Shown: positions 1-10,410, numbered from the stretch's first letter. The stretch is 64,000 bases of DNA from an uncultured Actinomycetes bacterium (GCA_963753695.1 CAVWDG010000011.1:100324-164323), one strand, 5' to 3'. Translations and numbers: made by a program. The notes: generated from the sequence alone by a model not told the origin.

Positions 1-278
1 GCCGCGGCGACGATCTCGCGGTCGCGCGTCGAGGCGGCGCCGCGCGTGGCGTAGTCGACGTGCAGGGCGGCCAGCTCGAGTCCCAGGCCAAGGCGGCGGT
101 CGACCGCGCGCACGAGGTCGAGCAGGGCCATCGAGTCGGCGCCGCCGGACAGCATGAGCAGCACCCGCTCGCCAGGGCGCAGCAGGGCGCCGGCGGCGAC
201 GAAGTCGGCCGCCCGCCGGCGCAGGTTCGTCGTCACGCGGCCGCGAGACCCGGCGCCTGTCGGAGCGCCGTTCACCAT
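1..278 (-). CDS. tilS: tRNA(Ile)-lysidine synthetase TilS, N-terminal part; gene continues beyond window start
   Basis: Minus-strand translation gives MVNGAPTGAGSRGRVTTNLRRRAADFVAAGALLRPGERVLLMLSGGADSMALLDLV... with the PP-loop SGGxDS motif typical of TilS; ATG at 276-278. Confidence 0.6.
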   Translation of the reverse strand, partial: MVNGAPTGAGSRGRVTTNLRRRAADFVAAGALLRPGERVLLMLSGGADSMALLDLVRAVDRRLGLGLELAALHVDYATRGAASTRDREIVAA

Positions 279-312
279 CGCCGGGGCCGTCTGTCGCGCG
301 CCGCCATGGGCG

Positions 313-660
313 CTAGAACGACACGACCCGGTCGCTGCGCACGACGAGGTCGGCGAGGTCGTGGATGGTGCCGATCTGTGCGCCGTCGACGACGTCGGTG
401 GCAGTGATGCCGCGTGTCTGGCAGCAGGTGCCGCAGAGGGTGACCACGGCGCCCTTGCCGAGCACCTCCAGGAGCGAGTCCTCGAGCGAGGCGTGCGCGC
501 CGCGCGGGTCCTGGCCGCGGCGCGCCGTGTGCACGCCGTCGCCCAGGAAGAAGAGCTCGACCCACTGCTCCTTGACGAGCAGCGCGCCGGCGAGACGCAG
601 GGCGTTGTAGGGCAGCTCGCTGCCGTAGGGGCTCCCGTTGATGATCAGCGTCGTGACCAT
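313..660 (-). CDS. DsrE/DsrF-like sulfur-relay (YchN-like) family protein
   Basis: ORF 313..705; MVTTLIINGSPYGSE...VTLCGTCCQTRGI matches DsrE family hallmarks (N-terminal INGxPYG, conserved Cys loop); start taken at internal Met (residue 16). Confidence 0.75.
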   Translation of the reverse strand: MVTTLIINGSPYGSELPYNALRLAGALLVKEQWVELFFLGDGVHTARRGQDPRGAHASLEDSLLEVLGKGAVVTLCGTCCQTRGITATDVVDGAQIGTIHDLADLVVRSDRVVSF

Positions 661-751
661 GCCTGTCTCCTTTGTGCCTAGCCTCACGTGAGCGCGTGAG
701 AGCATAGTACGCCAAAAAAATAGGGCGCCCGAACGGGCGCCCCGGAAGGCT

Positions 752-828
<77 letters not shown>

Positions 829-1027
829 ACGTGTACCTGCTTCTTTGTTCCCAAGCAGGGTTGGCAGTATACCGCCGCCTCGTGCTCCTTGTAAAGGCTC
901 GCGCGTGCCCGCGGGCGCCCCTGAGGGACGCCGCCGAAGCGAGTCGGCCACGAGCCGCGGAGCCTGCGCCCGCGCCTTGCCGGTCAAGGCCGGCCACGAC
1001 CGGCCGATACAGACCCTGACGACGTCC

Positions 1028-2149
1028 ATGAGCACCCCGACCGACACCAGCGCACCACGTCCCGGCCGCGTCCGGCGACTGCTGCGCGCCGGCCTGCTCG
1101 CCGCCGCCCTCGCGGCCGGCATCGCGTGCCTGTCCGCAGGCAGCGCCGCGGCGAACCCCAAGGCGATCGTCGCCACGCGGCAGCCGACCAGCCTCTCGGG
1201 GCTGCAGCAGGCCGCCGACAAGGTCCAAAAGCAGATCTCCGCCCTCGACGACCGCCTCGAGGTCGTCGTCGAGCAGTGGGACGGCGCCCAGTCGCAACTC
1301 GCCACGATCGAAGTCCAGCTCAGCCGGGTCCGGCTGCAGCTCGCCCAGAGCCAGAGCGATCTTGCCCAGCAGCAATCCGTGCTGGGCGCGCACCTCGCCT
1401 GGATGTACAAGCTCGGCGACTACGGCGTGCTCGACGAGGTGCTGAGCGGCGGCAGCATCACGAGCGCCGGGGCGCGCGTCGAGCTCTACAAGCGCGTGAA
1501 CGAACAGGACCGCGCACTGCGCAGCGGCTTTCTCGCTACCGTCAAGCAGGTGGCCGCCCTGCAGGCGTCGTTCTCCACCGAACGCGACCAGGCGATGGTC
1601 GCGCAGCAGCGCGTCGACGCGGCGCGCGCCACGATCTCCGACGAGCTCGCCCAGCGCCAGGCGATCCTCGACGGGCTGAACGGCCGCATCAAGCTCATCG
1701 TCGACCGGCGCAACCAGGCGGCCGCGGCCGCGGCCGGCCACCTCGGCCGCGTCGCGCTCGCCCAGATCGGCACTATCCACGGCACGCAGGCCCAGGTCGG
1801 CGTGATCCGCGACGCCCTGAAGTTCCTGGGGGTGCCGTACGTGTGGGGCGGCGCCACCCCGAGCGGCTTCGACTGTTCGGGCCTCGTGCTTTATGTCTAC
1901 GCCAGGTACGGCGTCTCGTTCCCGCACTTCGCCGCCTGGCAGGCCAACATGGGCACGCCGGTCGCCGAGTCGCAGCTCCAACCGGCAGACCTGGTGTTCT
2001 TCGGCAACCCGATCCACCACGTGGTGATCTACGCCGGCCACGGGCTCGTCATCCAGGCGCCGCACACGGGCGACGTCGTCAAGGTCAGCCGCCTGTCCGA
2101 CTTCGAGGCGCCCTCCGCCTGCCGGCGCTACCTGCTGCACCTGCCCTGA
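1028..2149 (+). CDS. NlpC/P60 (C40) peptidoglycan endopeptidase with signal peptide and N-terminal coiled coil (RipA-like)
   Basis: C-terminal GVPYVWGGATPSGFDCSGLVLYVYARYG...HHVVIYAGHG catalytic Cys/His motifs; N-terminus MSTPTD...AAALAAGIACLSAGSAAANP signal-like; start at Met residue 62 of ORF 845..2149. Confidence 0.8.
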   Translation: MSTPTDTSAPRPGRVRRLLRAGLLAAALAAGIACLSAGSAAANPKAIVATRQPTSLSGLQQAADKVQKQISALDDRLEVVVEQWDGAQSQLATIEVQLSRVRLQLAQSQSDLAQQQSVLGAHLAWMYKLGDYGVLDEVLSGGSITSAGARVELYKRVNEQDRALRSGFLATVKQVAALQASFSTERDQAMVAQQRVDAARATISDELAQRQAILDGLNGRIKLIVDRRNQAAAAAAGHLGRVALAQIGTIHGTQAQVGVIRDALKFLGVPYVWGGATPSGFDCSGLVLYVYARYGVSFPHFAAWQANMGTPVAESQLQPADLVFFGNPIHHVVIYAGHGLVIQAPHTGDVVKVSRLSDFEAPSACRRYLLHLP

Positions 2150-2200
2150 CGAAGGGCGCCCTCTAACGCAAACGGCGCGCCGGGGGTAGACTGTCGGCGT

Positions 2201-2521
2201 ATGAACGGCACCGTCCTGCTCATCATCCTCGTCGTCGTGGTCGTCGCCGCGCTGGTCGCGCTCGTGCCGCTGGCCGTGCGCGGGTACCACCTGTACCGCT
2301 CGGTGCGCCGCGCGCAGGCCGAGCTCGTGCCGATCGCCGACGGACTCGCCCAACGAGCCGACGCGGCCGCCCAGAAGGCCGCCGCCCTGGGCGACAGAGG
2401 GACGGAGCTCACCGAGCGCCTCGAAGAGCTGCAACGCTCGGTCACCCGCGCCGCCGTGCTCATGAAGGCCATGCGCGACGCCGCCGTTCCCTGGGACCGC
2501 CTGCGCCGCTACGTAAAGTAG
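2201..2521 (+). CDS. small membrane protein (DUF948-like; N-terminal TM helix plus coiled coil)
   Basis: ORF 106 aa, LLIILVVVVVAALVALVPLAV TM segment followed by charged helical region. Confidence 0.45.
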   Translation: MNGTVLLIILVVVVVAALVALVPLAVRGYHLYRSVRRAQAELVPIADGLAQRADAAAQKAAALGDRGTELTERLEELQRSVTRAAVLMKAMRDAAVPWDRLRRYVK

Positions 2522-2611
2522 GGCGTTCAGCGCGGCTCCGCGGCCGGGCTCCCGCACACGCTTTCTCCACGGCACCACCTGGCGCCCGACGGCGCGCATC
2601 GTCTCAAGGCA

Positions 2612-2653
2612 CAAAAAAGAACGAGGGGCCGGGCCTTGCGGCCCGGCCCCTCG
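2612..2653 (-). terminator. rho-independent terminator downstream of ald (possibly bidirectional)
   Basis: GC hairpin GAGGGGCCGGGCC-ttgc-GGCCCGGCCCCTC. On the plus strand it is preceded by AAAAAAGAA, which gives a T-run after the hairpin on the minus strand. Confidence 0.5.
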
Positions 2654-2679
2654 CGTGAAGGTCAGTCGTTGCTTTTGGC

Positions 2680-3804
2680 TTACGCCTTGAGGGCGTCGGC
2701 CAGCGGCGTGTAGGTGAGGCCATGAGCCTCGGCGACGGACGGGATGGTGAGCTTGCCACGGTAGACGTTGACGCCAAGAGCCAGCGCTGCGTCTTCGGCG
2801 ACGGCCTTCTCGAAGCCCTTGTTGGCGAGCGCGAGGCCGAACGGCAGCGTCGCGCCGGCGAGGGCCATCGTGGAGGTGCGGGCCACGGCGCCGGGCATGT
2901 TGGCGACGCAGTAGTGGATCACGCCGTCGACCACATAGGTGGGCTCGGTGTGCGTGGTGGGCTTGGAGGTCTCGAAGCAGCCGCCCTGGTCGATGGCGAC
3001 GTCGACGAGGACCGAACCCGGCATCATGTTCTTGAGCATGCTCTTCTTGATCAGATGCGGGGCCTGCGCGCCGCCCGGCAGCAGCACGGCACCGACGACG
3101 AGGTCGGCGTCGGCGATCTCGGCCTCGATGGCCGCTTCGGTGCTGAGGACGGTCTCGATGTGACCGGCGAAGACGTCGTCGAGGTAGGTCAGACGCTCAG
3201 CGCTCTTGTCGACGACGACCGTGCGGGCGCCGATACCGACGGCGACCTTGGCGGCGTTGGCGCCGACGGTGCCGCCGCCGATGATGACGACCTTAGCCTG
3301 CGGTACGCCGGTGACGCCGCCGAGGAGCACGCCGCGGCCGCCGTTGTTCTTCTGCATGTGGGTGGCGCCGGCCTGGATGGCCAGCTTGCCGGCGACTTCG
3401 CTCATCGGGAAGAGGAGCGGATGGGCGCCGTTCGGATACTCGACGGTCTCGAAGGCGATGCCGCGGATATCGGCGGCGAGCATGGCGTCGGTGAGCTCAC
3501 GAGCGTAGGCGGCGGCCATGTGGAGGTAGGTGTACAGGATCTGGCCAGGCTTGAACTTCTTGTACTCGACCTGGATGGGCTCCTTGACCTTGTAGATCAG
3601 GTCGGCGCGCGCGAACACGTCGTCGACGGGAGCGAGCTCGGCGCCCGCAGCCTTGTACTCGGCGTCGCTGAAGCCTGAACCGACACCAGCGCCGGCCTCG
3701 ACCACGACGGTGTGGCCCGCGCGCACGAAGTCTTTGGCGCCGTTCGGCGTCATCGCGACACGGTATTCCTCGTTCTTGATCTCTTTCGGCACGCCGACGA
3801 TCAT
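2680..3804 (-). CDS. ald: alanine dehydrogenase
   Basis: 374-aa ORF, MIVGVPKEIKNEEYRVAMTP...GGGTVGANAAKVAVGIGA Rossmann motif; strong AGGAGG RBS upstream. Confidence 0.9.
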   Translation of the reverse strand: MIVGVPKEIKNEEYRVAMTPNGAKDFVRAGHTVVVEAGAGVGSGFSDAEYKAAGAELAPVDDVFARADLIYKVKEPIQVEYKKFKPGQILYTYLHMAAAYARELTDAMLAADIRGIAFETVEYPNGAHPLLFPMSEVAGKLAIQAGATHMQKNNGGRGVLLGGVTGVPQAKVVIIGGGTVGANAAKVAVGIGARTVVVDKSAERLTYLDDVFAGHIETVLSTEAAIEAEIADADLVVGAVLLPGGAQAPHLIKKSMLKNMMPGSVLVDVAIDQGGCFETSKPTTHTEPTYVVDGVIHYCVANMPGAVARTSTMALAGATLPFGLALANKGFEKAVAEDAALALGVNVYRGKLTIPSVAEAHGLTYTPLADALKA

Positions 3805-3829
3805 CGTCGTCCTCCTTGTTGACCGCAGT

Positions 3830-3960
3830 TCACCCAGCAGCCCCCGGTACGAACGCGTTGCCGGCGCGCATCATGCCCGTGGACGATGGCAGTCTAGCAG
3901 AAAAACCGAACGTCTTCTTCCATAGTCGAAAGAAAGCGAACGTGCGATTGCCGATTCGTT
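3830..3960 (-). promoter_or_regulatory. AT-rich ald upstream control region (candidate Lrp/AldR-type binding sites and promoter)
   Basis: Locally AT-rich island in a ~74% GC sequence, with repeated CGGTTTTT motifs. Confidence 0.3.
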
Positions 3961-4078
3961 AAAAACCGATGAGGACGGTGCCGTCGGGCCGCGGTCGGGC
4001 TGCGGTCGGCGCCCGCGTCGCCGCTGCCGCCGCCGGCGAGCGCGAGGCTGCGGCCGCCGGCAAGCGCGAGGCTGCGGG

Positions 4079-4576
4079 TCAGTCGTCGGCGCCGTTGGCC
4101 CGGGTCCAGGCCTGGGTCATGGCGGGCGGCAGGAGCAGCCACTTGTTGGCCGCCTTCATGACGACGAACATCTCGCTCGACTGTATGCCGCCCAGCTTCT
4201 GCAGCGAGGCGTTCAGGAACTCGTAGAGGCCGTTCATGCCGTCGGTGGTGACGACCTCGGCGATGATGTCGTAGCGCCCTGTGACCACCGCCGCCCAGCT
4301 CACTTCGTCGAGCGCCGCCAGGCGCTCGACCATCTCGTCTAAGTTGTAGCGGTCGAGGCTGAGACCGACGATGGCGATGGTGAGCTCGGGCGTCTCGGAC
4401 GAGGCGACCAGCGCCGCGACGCGCAGCACGCCCGCCCCGATCAGCTGGCGCAGCCGGCCGCGCACGGTCGGTGTGGAGATACCCAGGCGAGAGGCCATGT
4501 CGGAGGCCGCCAGGCGGCCGTTGCCGAACAACGTGGCGATCAGCGCCTTGTCGAGCGCGTCGAGTCCGCGTTTCAT
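4079..4576 (-). CDS. Lrp/AsnC family transcriptional regulator
   Basis: MKRGLDALDKALIATLFGNGRLAASDMASRLGISTPTVRGRLRQL... HTH plus RAM domain; start at Met residue 80 of ORF 4079..4813. Confidence 0.8.
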   Translation of the reverse strand: MKRGLDALDKALIATLFGNGRLAASDMASRLGISTPTVRGRLRQLIGAGVLRVAALVASSETPELTIAIVGLSLDRYNLDEMVERLAALDEVSWAAVVTGRYDIIAEVVTTDGMNGLYEFLNASLQKLGGIQSSEMFVVMKAANKWLLLPPAMTQAWTRANGADD

Positions 4577-4664
4577 GTCTCCCCCGCGTCGCTGCGGCCG
4601 CCACGGGCGGCCGTTCCCCGTATGTGTATCATACTGGACCTGAAGAGCGACGACGGGGGGCGGC

Positions 4665-5498
4665 ATGAGACTCGAAGGCGCGAAGTGCCTGGTGGTCGGC
4701 GGCGCGCGGCGCGCAGGCCGCGTCGTGGCGCTCGACCTGGCCGCCCACGGCGCCGACGTCGCGGTGAGCACGCGGTCGGCGGCCGGCGATGCCGCCCAGA
4801 CCTGCGCCGCCATCCGCGGCCTCGGCCGGCGCGGCGCGACGGTGTCGGGCGACGCCGCCGTGCCGGCCGAGGCCGCGCGCCTCGTGAGCGCCGCCGTCGA
4901 GGCCCTGGGCGGCCTCGACGTGCTCGTCTACGCCGCCAGCGGTCCCTTCAGCCCCGCCCTACCCCAGCACGCCGACCCCGCGGAATGGCAGGCGTCGTTC
5001 GACGTGATCGTGCGCGGCTTCTTCGTGACCGCCTGCGCGGCGCGCGAGGCGTTCGTCGACAGACCCGTCCCCGCGCCCAACGCGGCGCCCGCGGCCGGCG
5101 CCGTCCCCGGCGCCGGCGCCGCGCCGCCGGCCGTCGGGGCCGCGCCCATCCGGGGCGTTATCGTGGCGCTCACCGACGTGCTGGGCACCGTCCCATCGGC
5201 CGCCTTTGCCGGGCACGGCGCCGCCAAGGCGGCGCAGATCATGCTGGTGGCCTCGCTGGCCAAGGCCTGGGCGCCCGACGGCGTGCGGGTGTGCGGCGTG
5301 GCTCCGGGACCCATCGACCTGACCGACGACCCGCGGCGCGAGGCCACCATGAGAGCCGCGGCGAAGTCGGCCACCGGTCACCTGGTCGATGCCGCCGAGA
5401 TCGCGCGAGCGGTGCGCTTTATGATCGCCTGCGACGCCCTGACCGGCGTGAACCTGCCGGTCGACGGCGGCGAGCTGCTCGGCAGGTCGGCGCTCTAG
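4665..5498 (+). CDS. SDR family oxidoreductase
   Basis: KCLVVGGARRAGR glycine-rich NAD(P)-binding motif, YxxxK region (GHGAAKAA). Confidence 0.7.
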   Translation: MRLEGAKCLVVGGARRAGRVVALDLAAHGADVAVSTRSAAGDAAQTCAAIRGLGRRGATVSGDAAVPAEAARLVSAAVEALGGLDVLVYAASGPFSPALPQHADPAEWQASFDVIVRGFFVTACAAREAFVDRPVPAPNAAPAAGAVPGAGAAPPAVGAAPIRGVIVALTDVLGTVPSAAFAGHGAAKAAQIMLVASLAKAWAPDGVRVCGVAPGPIDLTDDPRREATMRAAAKSATGHLVDAAEIARAVRFMIACDALTGVNLPVDGGELLGRSAL

Positions 5499-7156
5499 AC
5501 GGGGCGCGCGACGCGCGGGCGCTTGCCCGACTGCGCCGTGAGCTCGCGCGCCTTGAGGGCCAGCCAGAACTCCATGCGGTCCTGCGAGCTGCCCAGGTCG
5601 CGCCCGGTGATGTCTTCGACGCGCTTCATGCGGTAGCGCAGCGTGTGGCGGTGCACGTAGAGGCGCTCCGCGGCTTCGCCCCAGTGGCCGTTGGCCTCGA
5701 GGAAGCACGCCAGGCTCTTGACCAGGTCGCTGGCGTTGGCCTCGTCGTAGTCGTGCAGCTTGCCGAGCACGCTGTCGTAGAAGACCTCGAGCGACACCGT
5801 GTCCTGCAGGCCGAGCAGCAGGCCGTACGAGCCCAGGTCGTCGAAGCTCGCGATGACGCTGGTGCTGCCCTTGAGCTTGCGGATCTGGATGGCGTACAGC
5901 GCCTCGTAGTAGCTCTGCCGCAGGTCGACGAGCAGGCGGTGGGGCCGGCCTATGCCGACCGAGACCGTGACTTCGGAGATCATGCCGCCGATCGTGCCCT
6001 GCAGCTCGGCGGCCAGCGCCAGCATGTCGTGCGGCGTACGCTGCCCGAGCTGGACCAGCACGATCACCGAATCGCTGTGCGACGCCGAGATGAACAGCAG
6101 GTCGCGCTGCGCGAGGAACTCGTCGACCGCCCAATGCAGGCGCTCCTTGACGTCCTGCACCGCCTGCTCTTTGTCGCGGGCGCCGTCGGCGAAGGCCTTG
6201 AAGCCGTCGATGTCGACCAGCATGATGAGCTGCTCGGCGCCCGGTTCGAGGCCGAAGAAGGCCAGGCGGCGGGCGATCTCCTCTTCGTAGAGGTCGCTGG
6301 CGATGAGCTCGTCGAAGAAGTCGCCGGCCAGCCGCTTTTCGGTCTCGGCGACCGCCTTCTTCTTGACCAGCTCGAGCGCCGTGACCGTGACCACGTGGTG
6401 CAGGATGATGCGGTCGTAGTCGGAGAAGTCGCCGCCGTCTTTGATGACCGCGAGAAAGGCGCCGATGCGGTGCGAGGCGACGACGGGGTAGACCTGCACG
6501 CTGCCGCCCGCGCCGTGCGGCGCCTCGGCGGCGAAGTCCTGGCGCGAGGCGCGCTTGTCGGAGATCTGCTTCCAGAGGTCGGCGATAAGCTCGGCGGGAA
6601 TGCGGCGCCGGTGCGCCGCCTCGCACAGCACGAGACCGTGAAAGTCGAACAGCACGGCCGAACAGCCGACCAGGGCCGAGAGCGTCGAGATGATGAACTG
6701 CAAGCCCTTTTCTTCGAGCACGATCTTGGTGAGCTTCTCGTGCACTGCCAGCGAGCGCTGCAGGAGCGAGTACTGCTCGTTGACGATCTTTGAGGCGACG
6801 GCTTCGGTGATGGCGATGAACGGGATGTTGTAGGGCACCTCGAACAGCGGAAAGTCGTGCTGCTCGGCGAGCGCGACCATGGACTCGGGCACCGTCTTGA
6901 AGCCGAAGCCCACGCCAAAGCCGAGACCGGACAGGTTGGCGTCGATCAGGCGGCGCAGCATGGCGAGCTGCTCGGCCTCGCGGTCGACCAGTGCGAGGCC
7001 CGTGGTGAGCAGCAGCTCGCCGCCCTTGAGCCAGCGCGTGGGGTCGGACATCTCGGCGATATGCACCCAGCGCACCGGGTTGCTGATCGCCTTCTTGCCT
7101 GCGCAGAGCCTGAGATTGAGACCGGGGATCTCGAGGATGTCCTGAACGGTGATCAT
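5495..7156 (-). CDS. PucR family transcriptional regulator
   Basis: N-terminal MITVQDILEIPGL...LLLTTG and C-terminal HTH (HRHTLRYRMKRVEDITG); GGGAGG RBS 11 nt upstream of ATG at 7156. Confidence 0.7.
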   Translation of the reverse strand: MITVQDILEIPGLNLRLCAGKKAISNPVRWVHIAEMSDPTRWLKGGELLLTTGLALVDREAEQLAMLRRLIDANLSGLGFGVGFGFKTVPESMVALAEQHDFPLFEVPYNIPFIAITEAVASKIVNEQYSLLQRSLAVHEKLTKIVLEEKGLQFIISTLSALVGCSAVLFDFHGLVLCEAAHRRRIPAELIADLWKQISDKRASRQDFAAEAPHGAGGSVQVYPVVASHRIGAFLAVIKDGGDFSDYDRIILHHVVTVTALELVKKKAVAETEKRLAGDFFDELIASDLYEEEIARRLAFFGLEPGAEQLIMLVDIDGFKAFADGARDKEQAVQDVKERLHWAVDEFLAQRDLLFISASHSDSVIVLVQLGQRTPHDMLALAAELQGTIGGMISEVTVSVGIGRPHRLLVDLRQSYYEALYAIQIRKLKGSTSVIASFDDLGSYGLLLGLQDTVSLEVFYDSVLGKLHDYDEANASDLVKSLACFLEANGHWGEAAERLYVHRHTLRYRMKRVEDITGRDLGSSQDRMEFWLALKARELTAQSGKRPRVARPV

Positions 7157-7283
7157 CTGTTCGTCGTCCTCCCGCACGGGTGCCGTCGCCGTACATGCTG
7201 CGCCATTACTCTACCTTCTGTCCAACCACAAGGCGAGGGTACAGTGCAGATTGTCCAAGGCGGAGCGCGACGGGCGGTCCGGC

Positions 7284-7625
7284 TCAGGCGCTCGGAGCGT
7301 TCGCCTCGACCACCACGGCGGTGCCGTACGCGATCACTTCGGTCATGTTCTGCATGAGCTCGGTGGCGTCGTAGCGCACGGCGAGGATGGCGTTGGCGCC
7401 CATCTGGTCGGCGTGCGCCACCATGATGGCGAAGGCCTCGGAGCGAGCCTGCTCGCACATCTCCACGTACTCGTCGATGCGGCCGCCGCCCAGCGAGCGA
7501 AAGCCGGCCGCGATCTGGCTGCCGAGGTGCGCCGAGCGCACGGTCACGCCGCGCACCACGCCCAAGTTGCGCACCACGTGACAGCCGGGCATCTCGAAGG
7601 TCGTCGTCGTCCACTGATAGTCCAC
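7284..7625 (-). CDS. YbjQ/UPF0145 family protein
   Basis: VDYQWTTTTFEMPGCHVVRNLGVVRGV... matches the YbjQ N-terminus (IITTTxxIEGYEIV); GTG start with GAGGAGGA RBS; ~113 aa. Confidence 0.7.
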   Translation of the reverse strand: MDYQWTTTTFEMPGCHVVRNLGVVRGVTVRSAHLGSQIAAGFRSLGGGRIDEYVEMCEQARSEAFAIMVAHADQMGANAILAVRYDATELMQNMTEVIAYGTAVVVEANAPSA

Positions 7626-7666
7626 AGCGTCCTCCTCGTCTGTGTTCGCTCGCTTCTCTGTTCTGC

Positions 7667-8782
7667 TCAGTCCATGTCGAAGACTCGATAGGGGCTCTCG
7701 CAGGGCGGGCCGGCGCAGGCGTACAGCCGGCGTTCGTCCAAGTCGCAGATGATGCTGCCGACGGTCATGCCCTGCTCCCCGGGCGGCTCGCTCTGGTCGG
7801 GATGGCCGCAGATGCAGGCCTGCGGCGAGGGCTCGTGGCAGCGCAGGATGTCGGCCACGAGAGCCACAGGCTCGGCGCCGTGGTCGAGCCCCGCGGCCAG
7901 CAGCGTCTCGGCCGTGCCCAGCCGCGTGCGCGACTCGTCGTGAGCGAAGCCCTCGAACGGCGCCATCTCGGGCGCCACATAGTGGTTGGTGTGGGCCAGG
8001 TAGCCTCGCGCCGTGTGGTCGGCGAAGGCGCTCGCCGTGGCCGACGACTCGATGTCCCACAGCCGCCCCGCGGTGTCGGCGAAGCACTGGTTGGTCCCGC
8101 GAGCGCGGGCGGCGGTCAGGCCGCGCTCGCGCGCCTCTTCGAGCGTGGCGGCGGTCATGGTCGAGCGCCGCACGAAGATGTTGGGCACGCCCACGCGATT
8201 GTCGCGGGAGTGCAGCGAGTTGCTCACGTTGCCGACGCCGTGCGAGTTCACGCCGACTATCGGCAGGTAGGCGGCGCCGGCGAAGGCCAGCAGCCGCGTG
8301 CCGTCGGGGCCGGTCAGGTCGAAGAGCACGTTGTTGGGGGCATCGACCACGTACCAGTCCATGTTGTGACCCACGATGTGCCGCCCGTCACAGGCCACGG
8401 CGACGGCGGTGCAGCCGGGCGTCACGAGACGGCGAGGCGAGGCCGGCGCGGCGGGCAGCGGCGCCGCGCCCACGACGGGCTCGGCGGCGGTGAGCTCTTC
8501 GGCGCAATTGGGCACCAACAGCGCGTCGAAGGACACTCCGGCGCCCTCGGCCATGCCTTCGAGCTCCGCGACCGGACCGGGAGCGTAGCGGCGCGCGTAA
8601 GGCAGGTAGGCGGCGGCCTGCCGGACGGCCGCGTCGAACGACAGCCCGCCGCTCATCGCCGCGAAATTGTCGGCAAAGAAGGCGAGCGAGGCCTCGATCT
8701 GCGGGCGCGCCGCCTCGCCGACCTGGCGCCCGATCTCGCGGTGCGAGCCCTGGGCGCGCACGTGGACGAAGGGGATCGCCAC
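7667..8782 (-). CDS. C45 family Ntn-hydrolase (acyl-CoA:6-aminopenicillanic acid acyltransferase-like)
   Basis: VAIPFVHVRAQGSHREIGRQVGE N-terminus and ...VTPGCTAVAV putative self-cleavage Gly-Cys nucleophile; GTG start preceded by AAAGGAG. Confidence 0.7.
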   Translation of the reverse strand: MAIPFVHVRAQGSHREIGRQVGEAARPQIEASLAFFADNFAAMSGGLSFDAAVRQAAAYLPYARRYAPGPVAELEGMAEGAGVSFDALLVPNCAEELTAAEPVVGAAPLPAAPASPRRLVTPGCTAVAVACDGRHIVGHNMDWYVVDAPNNVLFDLTGPDGTRLLAFAGAAYLPIVGVNSHGVGNVSNSLHSRDNRVGVPNIFVRRSTMTAATLEEARERGLTAARARGTNQCFADTAGRLWDIESSATASAFADHTARGYLAHTNHYVAPEMAPFEGFAHDESRTRLGTAETLLAAGLDHGAEPVALVADILRCHEPSPQACICGHPDQSEPPGEQGMTVGSIICDLDERRLYACAGPPCESPYRVFDMD

Positions 8783-8865
8783 CGGCCGGGCTCCTTTCGC
8801 GGGCTCGCGGGCGGACCGGCGCCCACGCGGGCCGGTCGCCCCTGTCGGTCTCAGCCTGCTCGCTG

Positions 8866-10406
8866 TCAGCTTGCTCGCTGCGCGCGCCGACCGTCGAGCA
8901 GGCGACGCGGGTCGGGCCACTCCGGCAGGCCGAGCTCGCGTGCGCACTCGTCGATCTGGGCGCACATCGCCGCCATTGTATCGGCAGGCAGGCCCACGGG
9001 CTCGCGCGCGAGCAGCTCGGCGACGCGCTCACGGGCGAGACCGGCGAGACCGGGGCCGACCGACCGGCGGCCGGCAGCGCCCGACCCGCGCTCGGCGGCC
9101 CCCGGCGCCCCGCCGGCGGCGCGGCCCCTGAGGCGCGGCGCCACGAGCTCGCTGCGCAGGTAGCGCCTCGTGTGCCTGCTGGCCAGGAAGCCCTTGTCGC
9201 CCAGCACCGTGTCGACGATCGCCCCCACGTCGAGCGCCTGGTCGTCGTAGGGGCGCGCGCTGAGCGCGTAGAAGACGTCGCCGAGGATGTCGTCGTCGAT
9301 GACCAGCGCCTCGAGGCTCGACGAGGCGCCGGCCGCCACGTCGCCCACGCCCGACAGAAAGCGCGGCCGGGCGAGCATGCCGAGCAGCGCGTTCAAGGCA
9401 TGCTCGGCGCCGAACTGGGCGTCGGCCACGTGTGAGTCGCTCGACGGTCCGTAGCAGTCACAGGCCATGCCGTAGCGGCGCGCCAGCAGCACCGCTGCGC
9501 ACGACGCCACGCCGGTCTCGGGGGTGCCTGAGCGGAACGCGCCGGTACGCGGGTCGACCGCCGACAGGCGCGGACCGTAGTAGGTCGGCGTTCCCGGGGC
9601 CACCGCCTGGACCACGACCAGGCCGGCGAGGACCTCGGCGTTCTGCAGCGCGACGGCGGCGGAGATCGCCCCCGGCGCCGTCGTGCCCGCCGCCGGGCAG
9701 GGCAGGATCTCGACCACGACCCCGCCGCGGCCCACCGTCTCGATCAGCGCGTCGGTCACCTCGGCGCCGAGCAGCAGGGGGCTCACCGGCGAGAAGGCGA
9801 GGTCGACCGGGTAGCGCCCGCCGGCGCCGCTGCTCCCCGTGAGGGCGATCGCCATCTTGCGCAGGTGGCGCGCCTGGAAGGGCCACGAGATGCCGGGCCC
9901 GCCCACGTACTTGTCGGTCTCGAAGGCGACGAGCAGGTACGAGTACAGCGGCTCGAGCTCGCCGGGCACGTCCTGGGGCTGCAGCAGCGAACAGACGGCG
10001 TGCTGGTTTTCGAGCTGATGCATGACCCTGGTGAAGTCGCCCTGGTCGGCCAGCGTGGCCCGCCGCGCGACGCCGGTGAAGGCGTCGGAGACCTTGGCGG
10101 CACCCCCCATGTTGTGCACGAAGATGTCGCCCGGCGCGGCGTCGATGGCGAGGGAGCGCCCCGCGCCGCGCGCGCTCAGCACGTAGGCGGCGCACTGGGC
10201 GGCCACCGCTTGCGCTACGACGGCGCGGGGTACCAGCACCCGGCCGGGAGCGCCTTCGCGGCAGCCCGCGCGCAGCAGCAGCTCGCGCGCCGCGGGCGAC
10301 TCAACACGCACGCCGGCGCGCTCGAGCAGTTCGAGCGAAGCTGTGTGGATGGCGTCGATGGCCTCGTCGGGCCAGAGCGCACCGACGGCAGCATGCGTAG
10401 CCTGGC

Positions 10407-10410
<4 letters not shown>
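8866..10410 (-). CDS. MttB-superfamily methyltransferase (trimethylamine/glycine-betaine:corrinoid type), non-pyrrolysine; start codon uncertain
   Basis: ...LWPDEAIDAIHTASLELLERAGVRV...TIM-barrel MttB family signature over ~510 aa; no in-frame TAG. The N-terminal 280 aa of track ORF 8866..11238 are out-of-frame overlap with the upstream ATPase gene. Confidence 0.75.
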
